Positions 24,201-32,676 of a stretch of 64,000 bases of DNA are shown here, piece after piece. The translations under genes were made by a program, and so were the position numbers. The first letter of the stretch is position 1, and every line of letters begins with the position of its first letter. The notes below the pieces were generated by a model. That model searched no databases and was not told the origin of the DNA. It saw only the letters and a program-made list of their open reading frames with translations. This DNA is from a virus, in IMG/VR virus record IMGVR_UViG_3300032334_001128, positions 32,001 to 96,000 of that record. One strand, given 5' to 3'.

Positions 24201-25988
24201 GCCGAAGACGTGGATTCACCTGACAATGCTGCACTTGTTGCATGTGCAATTGTTGCTGGTGTAATTCCTGTCGTGCCACCTGCTGAATGGTTCAACAATC
24301 CTAAGCTAAGTAAGCCTACTCCTATCACCGTTACTGACGATGGTAAAGTATTCGGCCACATTGCAGCTTGGAACGTTGATCATATCGGTTTGGTAGCAGG
24401 CACCAAACCTCCTCGCAGCAAGAGTAACTACTCTTACTTCCACACTGGCGTGATTCGTACTGCCAATGGTAAGGATGTACCTGTAGGTCAACTTACGCTA
24501 GCGGGAGGACATGCTTCACTAGAGGCTAGTGCCCTAGACGCTGTAAAGCACTACGACGACACTGCATCAGCAATTGCTGACGTACATGCCGGCGAAGATG
24601 CTCACGGTATCTGGGTATCAGGAGGTCTACGCCCATCCGCAACCCCTGAGCAGATCCGTTCGCTTCGTGCATCGGCTCCATCAGGTGACTGGCGTCCAAT
24701 CCGTGGCTCACTTGAGCTAGTAGCTGTATGCCAGGTAAATGTTCCTGGTTTCCCGATCGCTCGTGCTCGTGTTGCTTCAGGTGCTGTTATGGCTCTTGTA
24801 GCGGCTGGTGCTCGTCCACTTGCTGAGCTAAAAGCTTCGCAGTTGTACGGCCCAGAAGCATTGGCTGCTGCTGCTAAGGCTAAGTTCGACCAGCTTCGTG
24901 CTGAGCGTGCTGCTGTTTTTGCAGTTAAGTCAGCTGAGCTATCAAACAAGATCCATGGTTACGTTGATGCTCTAGCAATTACTAAAGCAGAACGCGATAC
25001 CGCTGCCAAGAAGCGTCAGGCTCTACCGGACGGTTCATATCCGATTCGTAATGAAGACGATTTGAAGAATGCTATCCAGTCATTCGGCCGTGCTAAGGAA
25101 GAAGACCGTGGAAAGGTACGTCGCCACATTATGCGTCGTGCTAAGGCCCTTGGCAAAATAGATCTAATCCCAGAGAAGTGGAATAAGCAACATGTTGCAT
25201 CTACTTCAGAGTCAATCACAGCTTCAACTCAGCCGAATGAACTTCGTGCTCGTGTTGCAGCAGCTGCGGCGGCTCTGGGAAAATCTGATGCGGTTGAGCC
25301 TGTAAATCCTCTCCCTACAGTACCTGTTAAGGCTGAAGCACCTCTTGGTGTAGAACCTAAAGACAAGCCTGTAATGGAGAAGCAACCAGTCGATGAACGA
25401 CTTACTCAGGAACAAATTGAGCAGAAGGTTATCCAAGAAGTTAAAAAGGATGCCGACCCATATGCTCAAGCTGGAGGTAAGTACATCCCTGGTAAGACTC
25501 AACCGCGTGATGAGTATGGCAAGTTCCGTAAGGTTCTAGCCAGACTTAAGCTCAACCTAGGTGTTGCAGGTCTTGAAGATGTAGCCAGAAAAGTCTCAGC
25601 GGCAGAGGGGTACACCGAAATCGGTGACTACGGAACTGCTGCTAAGGCTGCTGGTGATCTGATTGACACTGTAGATCGTTTGGACACTGGTGCTTTGAAT
25701 GCAAAGTCACTAGAGAACATCCGTACTACAACGCAAGAACTAGGTAAAACTATTGCCAACCTACCACTGCCATTTAAGGATCCAAACGCGAAACTTAGAT
25801 ACAGTGACCTCCCACCTGTTCTGAAAGAGTTGCTTGACAACATGACAGATCGAGTGGAGCAGAAAATTGGTTCTAAGGATGCGGCCGTCGCTACCCAAGA
25901 CGTACGTTCCTTTAAGTCAGGATCTAAGCTTTATAGCCAGTCGGATATTTCGACTCAGTTTAATAAGCTTCTAAGACTCCTAACCTAA
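21276..25988 (+). CDS. Multidomain capsid maturation (prohead) protease fusion
   Basis: Located directly before the major capsid gene. The central IPEG..TGDGR...LPL......GH..SV.IG.I...GVS.D segment fits an HK97/herpes-type serine protease (His 23811, Ser 23955). Additional domains: GGTPVG...RIAWALWGGD, RYW..GKG..KIRW...GD..RC and ALPDGSYPI. Confidence 0.75.
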   Translation: MITFIGQSGSLLLFTSEHHGVVVDTDFNMVVESGVPETLFSSRSWEKSDTEPGQDLTALASISLQTMDAKTIIASAGRMYTIPKSAQAEAKKALEWHKEHHRGGTPVGMNTARILAKGGQISLQKVRHIAKYFPRHEVDKKGKGWKPGQDNFPSNGRIAWALWGGDSAWRWAVDIVKHADPKPIKAGGGYLAQQQPQDPFHNAFTLEENYGPEFMARVCLDGSGLDRLYKVDIDGQVYVWDNDCWDDMGNVDSDVWDYDQGLDYEDDGIEKSHILIDASSAVMIAARLANNPFGKVSVFDLDEDEARLAARSIPEEDWEMIDLGMVAAGEGGIGPASYTPKERAANVAKQPRSAGGRFGSKGSKAQVGQKTTPGASNPGSAPSAGKPGGISLEDQRKNANSGLPPQEILEGPLDTSGILGEPRTPIDRPNARISGTLPAMTKEDLHQVLYDFPAWVQSQRASYSPGDYHTPMTSAGDEKKESEDPESYDHPLLKKWRATKLREEIKPSTDTSWAAPVVAAAGVAEAQKPAVDPEKEVQKDEAKPEGAPKSNPKPSDPGKPVQLTPETSDVQPLYFAIVAPDDPQAVTDLISMVPASSTSTAPMIYKRLDKKWVRDEKTLADLKSATPPPVVPLDSATLNDVLKQVDGLVASAGYLQHQMIVLWGPREDILVAAGGLDKNRGNAEELRRYWTVGKGAAKIRWNTKGDWTRCVRHLEKYLGPRAKGYCALRHKEVTGLWTGDKRHRELYGRKGVNSNKAFFSDEVLKSSEMVIDSVTLVARANDAKHRLGLLASAPIATSTNGGMFRIPLVIPEGKQTGDGRTFRKGSITMRELPLPLLWQVRTSDGHNGSVVIGRIDRMERTEEGIGNAVGIFDTGEYGREAERLVRNGFIRGVSADMDQFEAEEEKEKKTSKSKTENDIDIDDDKKVGGDKLTINKARVMAVTMVPKPAFQECKIFLVEEGEPQEDNMIPQDGIYAEDVDSPDNAALVACAIVAGVIPVVPPAEWFNNPKLSKPTPITVTDDGKVFGHIAAWNVDHIGLVAGTKPPRSKSNYSYFHTGVIRTANGKDVPVGQLTLAGGHASLEASALDAVKHYDDTASAIADVHAGEDAHGIWVSGGLRPSATPEQIRSLRASAPSGDWRPIRGSLELVAVCQVNVPGFPIARARVASGAVMALVAAGARPLAELKASQLYGPEALAAAAKAKFDQLRAERAAVFAVKSAELSNKIHGYVDALAITKAERDTAAKKRQALPDGSYPIRNEDDLKNAIQSFGRAKEEDRGKVRRHIMRRAKALGKIDLIPEKWNKQHVASTSESITASTQPNELRARVAAAAAALGKSDAVEPVNPLPTVPVKAEAPLGVEPKDKPVMEKQPVDERLTQEQIEQKVIQEVKKDADPYAQAGGKYIPGKTQPRDEYGKFRKVLARLKLNLGVAGLEDVARKVSAAEGYTEIGDYGTAAKAAGDLIDTVDRLDTGALNAKSLENIRTTTQELGKTIANLPLPFKDPNAKLRYSDLPPVLKELLDNMTDRVEQKIGSKDAAVATQDVRSFKSGSKLYSQSDISTQFNKLLRLLT

Positions 25989-26039
25989 ATAATAAACAAC
26001 TCAAAAACAGGGTAAAATAAAGTCTGGGTAGAGTGCCTG

Positions 26040-26124
26040 CCGCATGGTGCGGTAAGTCCCTTTGCTTTGGACCGAACAGCAAGGTATGTGAAATACGCAT
26101 ATCTCTAACTATCCTAGGAGGATA
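26040..26124 (+). promoter_or_regulatory. Structured 5' leader of the major capsid gene; RBS inside a hairpin
   Basis: Four consecutive stems: CCGCA/TGCGG, CCTTTGCT/AGCAAGG, TATGTG/CGCATA and TATCCT/AGGATA. The last overlaps GGAGG. A TAAAAT -10-like element lies at 26013. Confidence 0.45.
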
Positions 26125-26125
26125 A

Positions 26126-27958
26126 GTGGATCACATTAAATCGCAGGTAGATGGCCTAGCAGAACTAAGCGACGAGCAAGTCGCCGCTCTGCAAGAGTCA
26201 ATCGTACGTGAATTTGAATTGGTCGAGGGTAAAGACCCATCTCCTGAGGTTGTTGACGCTATGACGTCACTTGCCGACATGTTGGACACCGTACGCGGTG
26301 AAACCAGTCGTCGCGAGGCCGCTAAAGAAGAGCTTGCTGCTCGTGCTGCCGAAGCGACTATGCGTGTTACAGGTGAGGACGGGGAGAACCCAGTTGGCGA
26401 CATGCCAGTTGAGGAAGCTCCAGCTGAAGGTACTCCTGAAGAAGAGGCTACAGAAACCCCTGAAGAAGAGGCTGTAGAAACTCCTGAAGAAGAGGCCAAA
26501 GAAACTCCAGCTCAAGAGGACGAGGAAAAAAAGAAGGCTTACTCAGCTGAAACCTCTGACGCATCAATGACTCAGGTTGAAGGATCTGAACTATCAACCG
26601 AAGAAACCCAAACAACTACAACCGCTGACGCAGTTCAGCAGGAAGAGCAGGCCCCAGTGACCGCAGCAGCAGAAGAGAGCTTCCAGGCTCCAGCTGACCG
26701 TCAGCCTGTTATTCAGGTTTCAGAGCCAGCAAAGGTAGCAATTACCGCTGGTGCTGACATCCCTGGCTACAGTGCTGGATCATCCATCTCTGACATGACC
26801 GAAGTTGCATTAGCAATGGAGAAGAGAATTCATTCTCTACGTCGTGTTAACGGTGGAGATGGAGAGCAGCACATCGTTGCATCCATCACAACCGAATACC
26901 CAGAGGCTCGTACTCTAACAACTGACGCAGAGTCAAACGCTCTGAAGATTGCAGCCGTCGCAGGCCCAGAAGCACTTGTTGCTGCTGGTGGTCACGCAGC
27001 TCCATTCGAAGTCAAGTACGACATCTACTCAATCGGCTCAAGCAACGTTCGTCCTCTACGCGATGCATTGCCTCGCTTCCAGGCTGACCGTGGCGGTATC
27101 CGTTTCGTAACTCCTCCATCATTCGCAGCTGGTACTTATGACACAGCTGTTGGTGTATGGACTGCAGCTAACGACTCAGCTACCACTCCTAGCCCAGCAA
27201 GCAAGACTAGCTACACTGTTACAGCTGCTGCTGAAAACACAAAGGCTACTGACGCTGTAACCCTACAGCTACAGTTCGGTAACTTGATGACTCGTGCTTA
27301 CCCAGAGTTGATTGCTCGTCACAACGAGCTAGCTCTAGTTCAGCACGCTCGTGAAGCTGAGCAGAACCTACTAAGCGCACTAAGCAGCGGTTCAACTGCT
27401 GTTACAACTACTAACCTAATCGGTTTTGGTCGTGACTTCCTAGTTCAGATCCGTCGTGCAGCTGTTGCTTACCGTAACCGTCACCGTATCGCTCATGACA
27501 CTCAGCTTCAGGCTTTCATCCCTGAGTGGGTATACGACGCTATGGCAGCAGACCTAACCTTGGCAATGCCAGGTGACGGTACTCTGTCTGTATCTAAGTC
27601 AGAGATCGATGGTTACCTAGCACACAGCAACGTAACTCTAGTTGCTTCTCCAGACATGACTGTATTTGGTTCACAGAGTGCTGCTGCACTTCTTGAGTTC
27701 CCGGACAGCTTTGACTGGTACCTATTCGCTGAGGGAACATTCTTGTTCCTTGACGGTGGAACTTTGGACCTTGGAATTATTCGTGACTCCACCTTGGTTG
27801 GCACAAACGATTACAAGATGTTCATTGAAACATTCGAAGCTGTTGCAAAGGTTGGTATTGAGTCTCTCAAGGTCACCTCAACCATCAGCATCAACGGTGT
27901 TGCTGCTGCATTGCGCGACACCACAGGCGGTACTGCTGCCGCTACTATCGAGCTTTAA
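26126..27958 (+). CDS. Major capsid protein (hexamer type) with an N-terminal scaffold-like acidic region
   Basis: 610 aa, with a helical/acidic N-terminal ~200 aa. The GGxxAP..+.YDI, LP.F...RGGI.F and YPEL motifs resemble Rosebush-like (cluster B) capsid proteins. Strong RBS. Confidence 0.8.
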   Translation: MDHIKSQVDGLAELSDEQVAALQESIVREFELVEGKDPSPEVVDAMTSLADMLDTVRGETSRREAAKEELAARAAEATMRVTGEDGENPVGDMPVEEAPAEGTPEEEATETPEEEAVETPEEEAKETPAQEDEEKKKAYSAETSDASMTQVEGSELSTEETQTTTTADAVQQEEQAPVTAAAEESFQAPADRQPVIQVSEPAKVAITAGADIPGYSAGSSISDMTEVALAMEKRIHSLRRVNGGDGEQHIVASITTEYPEARTLTTDAESNALKIAAVAGPEALVAAGGHAAPFEVKYDIYSIGSSNVRPLRDALPRFQADRGGIRFVTPPSFAAGTYDTAVGVWTAANDSATTPSPASKTSYTVTAAAENTKATDAVTLQLQFGNLMTRAYPELIARHNELALVQHAREAEQNLLSALSSGSTAVTTTNLIGFGRDFLVQIRRAAVAYRNRHRIAHDTQLQAFIPEWVYDAMAADLTLAMPGDGTLSVSKSEIDGYLAHSNVTLVASPDMTVFGSQSAAALLEFPDSFDWYLFAEGTFLFLDGGTLDLGIIRDSTLVGTNDYKMFIETFEAVAKVGIESLKVTSTISINGVAAALRDTTGGTAAATIEL

Positions 27959-27982
27959 GCCTTAGTAGTAAATCAGTAATCG

Positions 27983-28012
27983 TTGAGGGGGGCCCGGAAA
28001 CGGGTCCCCCAA
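27983..28012 (+). terminator. GC-rich GAAA-tetraloop hairpin between the two capsid genes
   Basis: GGGGGGCCCG-GAAA-CGGGTCCCCC stem, with no immediate U-tract on the + strand. Confidence 0.55.
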
Positions 28013-28050
28013 TACGAAAAAACTTTAAACTTTTTTATTAAGGAATATAA

Positions 28051-29190
28051 ATGGCCACTTTTGACGGAGCGTTTCCAGCCCCGAAGATCGTACCTTCCGC
28101 ATTTGGATTGTTTTCTGTAGTTAAGCCGGAAAATCCAAATTCTGAAGATAAGTGGGTTCGTGGTTTTAACCAATGGTGGGAGACCAGACCTAACTATGTA
28201 CGTAACTGGGATGAAACTAGCACTACTTCTTATGTAGTTGATACTAATCCAGCTGCTCCTCGTTACAGCTACCACATTCCATTTTTTATCGAATCTGAAG
28301 ATTTTGCTTCGACTTTTGGTCTTAATGGTGAAGACAGATTTGCAAAAGTTCTTCGTCAACTTGAAGGTGTCTCTCAGAAAGCCTGTGAAGTAGAACTTTG
28401 GGATGGTGCAGTAGCACTCCAAGGAACTGGCACTGACTTAGTAAACCCATACCTATCTAAGGGATCTAGCGTCACGGTTCTTTCGGGACGTAAGTCTGAT
28501 GGCTCAATTGCAGATCCTACTTCTGATGGTGCAGCAATTTCTGTTAAGCATGGTGTAGCTGTGCTTGAGTATCAAATTGGTCAGTACTCTTCTGGTGGTG
28601 AGCAGGGCTGGATCCACATGACTCGTGATGCAGCTGCAGTTCTTAGTTCTTATAATCAAATGGTATTCCACCAACCCGGAGCTTTAAATACACAGCACCT
28701 ACAGACTTTTGGTGGTACCCCTCTAATAGTCGGATCTGGCTACTCAGGTAACGGTCCAGTAGTTAACGTAACTAATAAGGCTGCTGACGGAACTAACGCA
28801 ACTTTAACTACAGCTAACAACCACGGCCTTGCTGTTGGTGACACTGTAGTTGTTACTGGTGTTGACTCTACTTTCAATGGTACTTATGTGACTACCACTG
28901 GTACTACCGCAACTACGATTAAGTATGCTAAAGCATCTACTGTATCTTCTACTGCCGCTACTGGCACTGCTCAAATGCAGGCTAATAGCCGCTACAAATG
29001 GATTTACGCATCAGGTGAAGTACGAGTTTATCTCGGAAAAGCTGAAGTGGTAAATGACAGCTTAGCTCAAGGCTATGGTGTTACATCAAATCAAAATGAC
29101 ATGAAAATTAAAGCTACTCGTGCAGCCGCCGTGTACTTTGATACATCCATCCACCTAGGTGTCAAGGTTGACTTGACTCTAACAAACTAA
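28051..29190 (+). CDS. Probable capsid pentamer (second capsid) protein with an inserted beta-rich module
   Basis: Position after the major capsid gene and the N-terminal P...P..FGLFSV motif fit the dedicated pentamer protein of cluster-B-like phages. An HGL..GD.V.V.G....NG.Y insert lies at ~28800-28930. Confidence 0.6.
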   Translation: MATFDGAFPAPKIVPSAFGLFSVVKPENPNSEDKWVRGFNQWWETRPNYVRNWDETSTTSYVVDTNPAAPRYSYHIPFFIESEDFASTFGLNGEDRFAKVLRQLEGVSQKACEVELWDGAVALQGTGTDLVNPYLSKGSSVTVLSGRKSDGSIADPTSDGAAISVKHGVAVLEYQIGQYSSGGEQGWIHMTRDAAAVLSSYNQMVFHQPGALNTQHLQTFGGTPLIVGSGYSGNGPVVNVTNKAADGTNATLTTANNHGLAVGDTVVVTGVDSTFNGTYVTTTGTTATTIKYAKASTVSSTAATGTAQMQANSRYKWIYASGEVRVYLGKAEVVNDSLAQGYGVTSNQNDMKIKATRAAAVYFDTSIHLGVKVDLTLTN

Positions 29191-29209
29191 CAATTAAGGA
29201 GAATAGGTA

Positions 29210-30754
29210 ATGCCTACTCAAGACTATGCAGCCAGCATCCAAGGTGTGTCGATCCGTGTCACCCGCTTGGACGCATCTGGCAACTTGATGACAGGTCCCG
29301 GTGACAGCTACGCAACATCAGCTTTCATGCGCTTGTCATTCACCCCTGAATACGAAGAAGGTGACGAGATCACTGAGAAGTCAGCAAACGGTACAGTTTG
29401 TGTAACTTACAAGTCTCCAGACACTCTGAAGCGTATCACTATGGAACTAGCTATTTGTGAGCCAGATCCAGAACTAACTGCTCTATTATCTGGTGGTCTC
29501 TTGCTTCGCAAGAACCTAGGTACTTTTGCTTCAGCTAACAACCAGTCAATTGGTTGGGCAGCTCCAGGTGTTGGCGATGACCCAGCAGGTAACGGTGTTG
29601 CTATTGAAGCTTGGTCATGGGCTATTAAGAACGGTAAGAAGGCAGGAACTCTTCCTTACTTCCACTGGGTATTCCCATACGTTAAGGTTCGTCAGTCAGG
29701 TGACCGCGTTATTGAAAACGGTCTATTGGCTAACACATTCGAAGGCTACGGTCTAGGAAACCCTAACTTTGCATCTGGTATTGATGGTCGCTGGGAGTTC
29801 CCAACTGCAGCTGAGCGTCCTTACTCATACGCACGTTCTGCTTGGGCTCCAGTAGGTCTATCTGGTTTCTACACTTGGAACTACGCTGGTGAAGGTACTA
29901 CCGAACTTGGTACTCCTAACTACACAGCTGTTACTTCACTTGATGGTCTTAACTACAGCCTATCTACTGAAGCAATCACAACTGCTGGTGCGATCACTCT
30001 AGTTACTTCAGCTAGCCACACTTACAGCGTTGGCGACAGCATTACAGTCGGTAACGCAGATACTACTTACCTAGTAACTAACAAGGCTGCTACTACTTCT
30101 ACTGTAACTTTGACACTTGCGTCTGGTCACGGTGTTGTAGTTGGTGACAAGATCATTGTTTCAATTGGTGACAGTGCATTTGACGGTACTTATGGTGTAG
30201 CTACAGTGTCGACTAACGACATTACCTACGCTAAGACCAATGCGGTTGCTGTGACTAGCGTTGCTGTAAACAGTTCATCTGCTGTTGTTACTCGCAGCAT
30301 CTTCAATGGTACATTCACTGCTCTTGCAGGTACAACTGGAACTAGCGTTGCTGTTGCTCGTCGTGTTGCAATTTCAGCATGTACAGGCGCTACAACTACT
30401 GGTACATACACTGCTACAGCTCACGGTCTAGTTACTGGTCAGCTAGTGACAGTGACTGGTTTCTCGACTAACGCAGCATTCAACGTTACCGCTGCTGCTA
30501 TTACAGTAACTGGTGTAAACACCTTCACTGCAACTATCTCAAGCACAACCGCTACAGAAACTATTGCGGCCGTTGCTCAGGTAACTCGTGGTACTGCAAT
30601 CACTGCAACTGCGGTTCCTTACGGTGCTTCTGTTTCATCAGCTGTGGCTGGTACTGCAGGTACAACTGGATACAACGTTCCTGGTAACATCAACTACAAC
30701 CCTGATGTTGCAATTGACCGCGTTATCAAGTCTAACGAGGACCCAACCTCTTAA
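29210..30754 (+). CDS. Major tail (tube) protein with a C-terminal Thr-rich decoration region
   Basis: N-terminal +R+TRLD..G...YEEG.EIT.K.ANG..C....PD.LK..T.EL..C..DP motif typical of actinophage tail tubes, plus three beta-module repeats C-terminally. Confidence 0.8.
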   Translation: MPTQDYAASIQGVSIRVTRLDASGNLMTGPGDSYATSAFMRLSFTPEYEEGDEITEKSANGTVCVTYKSPDTLKRITMELAICEPDPELTALLSGGLLLRKNLGTFASANNQSIGWAAPGVGDDPAGNGVAIEAWSWAIKNGKKAGTLPYFHWVFPYVKVRQSGDRVIENGLLANTFEGYGLGNPNFASGIDGRWEFPTAAERPYSYARSAWAPVGLSGFYTWNYAGEGTTELGTPNYTAVTSLDGLNYSLSTEAITTAGAITLVTSASHTYSVGDSITVGNADTTYLVTNKAATTSTVTLTLASGHGVVVGDKIIVSIGDSAFDGTYGVATVSTNDITYAKTNAVAVTSVAVNSSSAVVTRSIFNGTFTALAGTTGTSVAVARRVAISACTGATTTGTYTATAHGLVTGQLVTVTGFSTNAAFNVTAAAITVTGVNTFTATISSTTATETIAAVAQVTRGTAITATAVPYGASVSSAVAGTAGTTGYNVPGNINYNPDVAIDRVIKSNEDPTS

Positions 30755-30768
30755 TAGACAAGTAAGAA

Positions 30769-30810
30769 CGGGCGGCGCGTTAGAGTGTTTATCACAAAAC
30801 GCGTCGCCCG
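30769..30810 (+). terminator. Strong hairpin after the major tail gene
   Basis: CGGGCGGCGCGTT / AACGCGTCGCCCG 13-bp stem with one G-U pair and no U-tract. Confidence 0.5.
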
Positions 30811-30831
30811 CTTCACTAAGGAGAAGATTAA

Positions 30832-31941
30832 ATGACAGCTCTATGGGTTACACCATCAGATCTAGGATCTTACGAAAACACAGAGTTTGCTCAGGAGGCC
30901 TGCGAAATGGCATCCTATCTAATGTGGACTATGTCTGGTAGAAAGTTCACTGGAGAAGTAACTGTAACTGAACGTTACGTTTGTGCTAAGCGTGCATACC
31001 GTATGGGCCCTTCTTCTAAAAACTACTATGCCACACTAATTTCTGGTGAGGTATACAATATTCCGATCACTGATTTCCAAGAATATGCTGAATTGGTATC
31101 GGACGGTCTCTCCCCTGAGTCACGTATTAAGTTACGTGGTAGACCGATAACAAAGATCCATTCAGTTCGTATTAGGACCGGAGCTATCCTTAGTGAGGAT
31201 AGTTATTACCTAGTGGATCACTCTACGTTACAGGCAGCAGCAGGTGTTCCATGGACTCCTTGTAACGTTGAAGTAACCTACACTTATGGCTCTCCTATTC
31301 CAACAGCTGGAAAAATGGCTGCTCGTACTCTTGCCATTGAGTTTGCAAAGCTCTGGGCTGGAGATGATGACTGTATGCTTCCACAGCGTATTACATCTAT
31401 TTCTCGCCAGGGTGTTTCATACACACTTCTAGACTCACAAGACTTTATTGAGGACGTTAGAACCGGTCTATATATAGTAGATCTATTTCTGAAGTCAATC
31501 AACCCAGACAAGGCTAGAGCTAGAGCTAAGGTGTTCTCTCCTGATGCTCCTAGAGGACGTCGCTATACTCGTAAGGAATTACCACTTGCAGTTAATGCTG
31601 CTACTGACATTACCTTAAACAGGGATACTACTGCAACTTGGACATCTGCTGGCAAAGCCGGTGTTGATGTAAGTCTATTTTTTGATGAACCTGGATGGAC
31701 CCCTAGCGTGACTCTAAGAAGTTATTCTGGATCTAAAACAGTAGAAATTACTGCAGCTGACATCACCCTTAACAGCGGTGCTGAGACTGTAACTTTTCCG
31801 GTCACATACAAGAATGCCTGGGGTGCTCTTGGAATGGTAGATCCTGGAACATGGACTCTATACGCAACTAAGACTGTTGCTGGTGTTACGACCGTATCAG
31901 AGATTGAGACTGGAAACCTCCAGATCAAGTTATATAACTAG
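30832..31941 (+). CDS. Head-to-tail adaptor
   Basis: Synteny, plus the L....GRKF.G...V and LP.R+TSI.RQGVS motifs that resemble cluster-B-like adaptors. Confidence 0.6.
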   Translation: MTALWVTPSDLGSYENTEFAQEACEMASYLMWTMSGRKFTGEVTVTERYVCAKRAYRMGPSSKNYYATLISGEVYNIPITDFQEYAELVSDGLSPESRIKLRGRPITKIHSVRIRTGAILSEDSYYLVDHSTLQAAAGVPWTPCNVEVTYTYGSPIPTAGKMAARTLAIEFAKLWAGDDDCMLPQRITSISRQGVSYTLLDSQDFIEDVRTGLYIVDLFLKSINPDKARARAKVFSPDAPRGRRYTRKELPLAVNAATDITLNRDTTATWTSAGKAGVDVSLFFDEPGWTPSVTLRSYSGSKTVEITAADITLNSGAETVTFPVTYKNAWGALGMVDPGTWTLYATKTVAGVTTVSEIETGNLQIKLYN

Positions 31942-31954
31942 AAAAGAGTAGAGA

Positions 31955-32164
31955 ATGTCAGTTCAGACAAACTTCCGTGCCGTCGACATGCTCGGTGGCG
32001 TAAAGGCTGCAGAGGTTGTAGTTGATGCCCCTAAGAAGGTAGCACCTAAGCCAATTGCTAAGAAGGTTGAAGAACCAGAGGTTGTAGTTGAGCCTGAGGT
32101 TGTAGTAGAGCCTGTAGTAGAAGAGCCAGCCGTAGTAGTAGAAGACGACAAAGTAGAAGAGTAA
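31955..32164 (+). CDS. Small Val/Glu/Pro-rich hypothetical protein
   Basis: RBS-like GAG run, and the ORF fills the gap between its neighbours. VVVEPE repeats. Confidence 0.55.
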   Translation: MSVQTNFRAVDMLGGVKAAEVVVDAPKKVAPKPIAKKVEEPEVVVEPEVVVEPVVEEPAVVVEDDKVEE

Positions 32165-32168
32165 ATAA

Positions 32169-32675
32169 ATGGCATTAGCGGTAGATATATCTAACGTGTC
32201 TGAAGACGCACTTGCGTTGAAAGATATGATGGATGGTGTTGTTGAGCGAGTGGGTACTATATACCAGTCGTATAACGTACCCCTACCCGCTCGTCGTTAT
32301 TGGACTTTTGGTACTCCAATCGTTGACTGTGAACAAATGGTGGTGGCCGTGCAGCAGCTATATCTTGGCCCTCCGGGAGATCAAGCTAGCAGACCACAGC
32401 GTTGTAACGTACCTAGAACGGTAGTTATGAACATCATGGTCGCACGTGCCGTCCCCATTGTTGGACAGAATGGACGTCCACCTACAGCAGAGCAGATCGA
32501 GAAATCTGGTCACATTTCGGCTGTAGATTCCTGGGTGCTCATGCAAAGTATCAATTTGTTAGATCAGTGGGATGAGACTGGTTTTGGTGCAGGCGTTATT
32601 GCCACATTGGAGGCCCCGTCAGCTGAGGGTGGTTACCAGGTAATCAACCTGCAGGTGACAATGGCGGTTCCATAA
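32169..32675 (+). CDS. Putative tail completion/terminator protein
   Basis: Synteny in the head-tail joining block; 168 aa. Confidence 0.45.
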   Translation: MALAVDISNVSEDALALKDMMDGVVERVGTIYQSYNVPLPARRYWTFGTPIVDCEQMVVAVQQLYLGPPGDQASRPQRCNVPRTVVMNIMVARAVPIVGQNGRPPTAEQIEKSGHISAVDSWVLMQSINLLDQWDETGFGAGVIATLEAPSAEGGYQVINLQVTMAVP

Positions 32676-32676
32676 A

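Noticed and set aside
23411-24949. Antisense ORFs of 115-174 aa inside the protease gene
   Set aside because: Fully overlapped by a well-supported gene, with no recognisable motifs.
26432-26508. 24-bp tandem repeat (x3) in the capsid gene
   Set aside because: It encodes the acidic TPEEEA linker of the scaffold-like region, an ordinary low-complexity segment.
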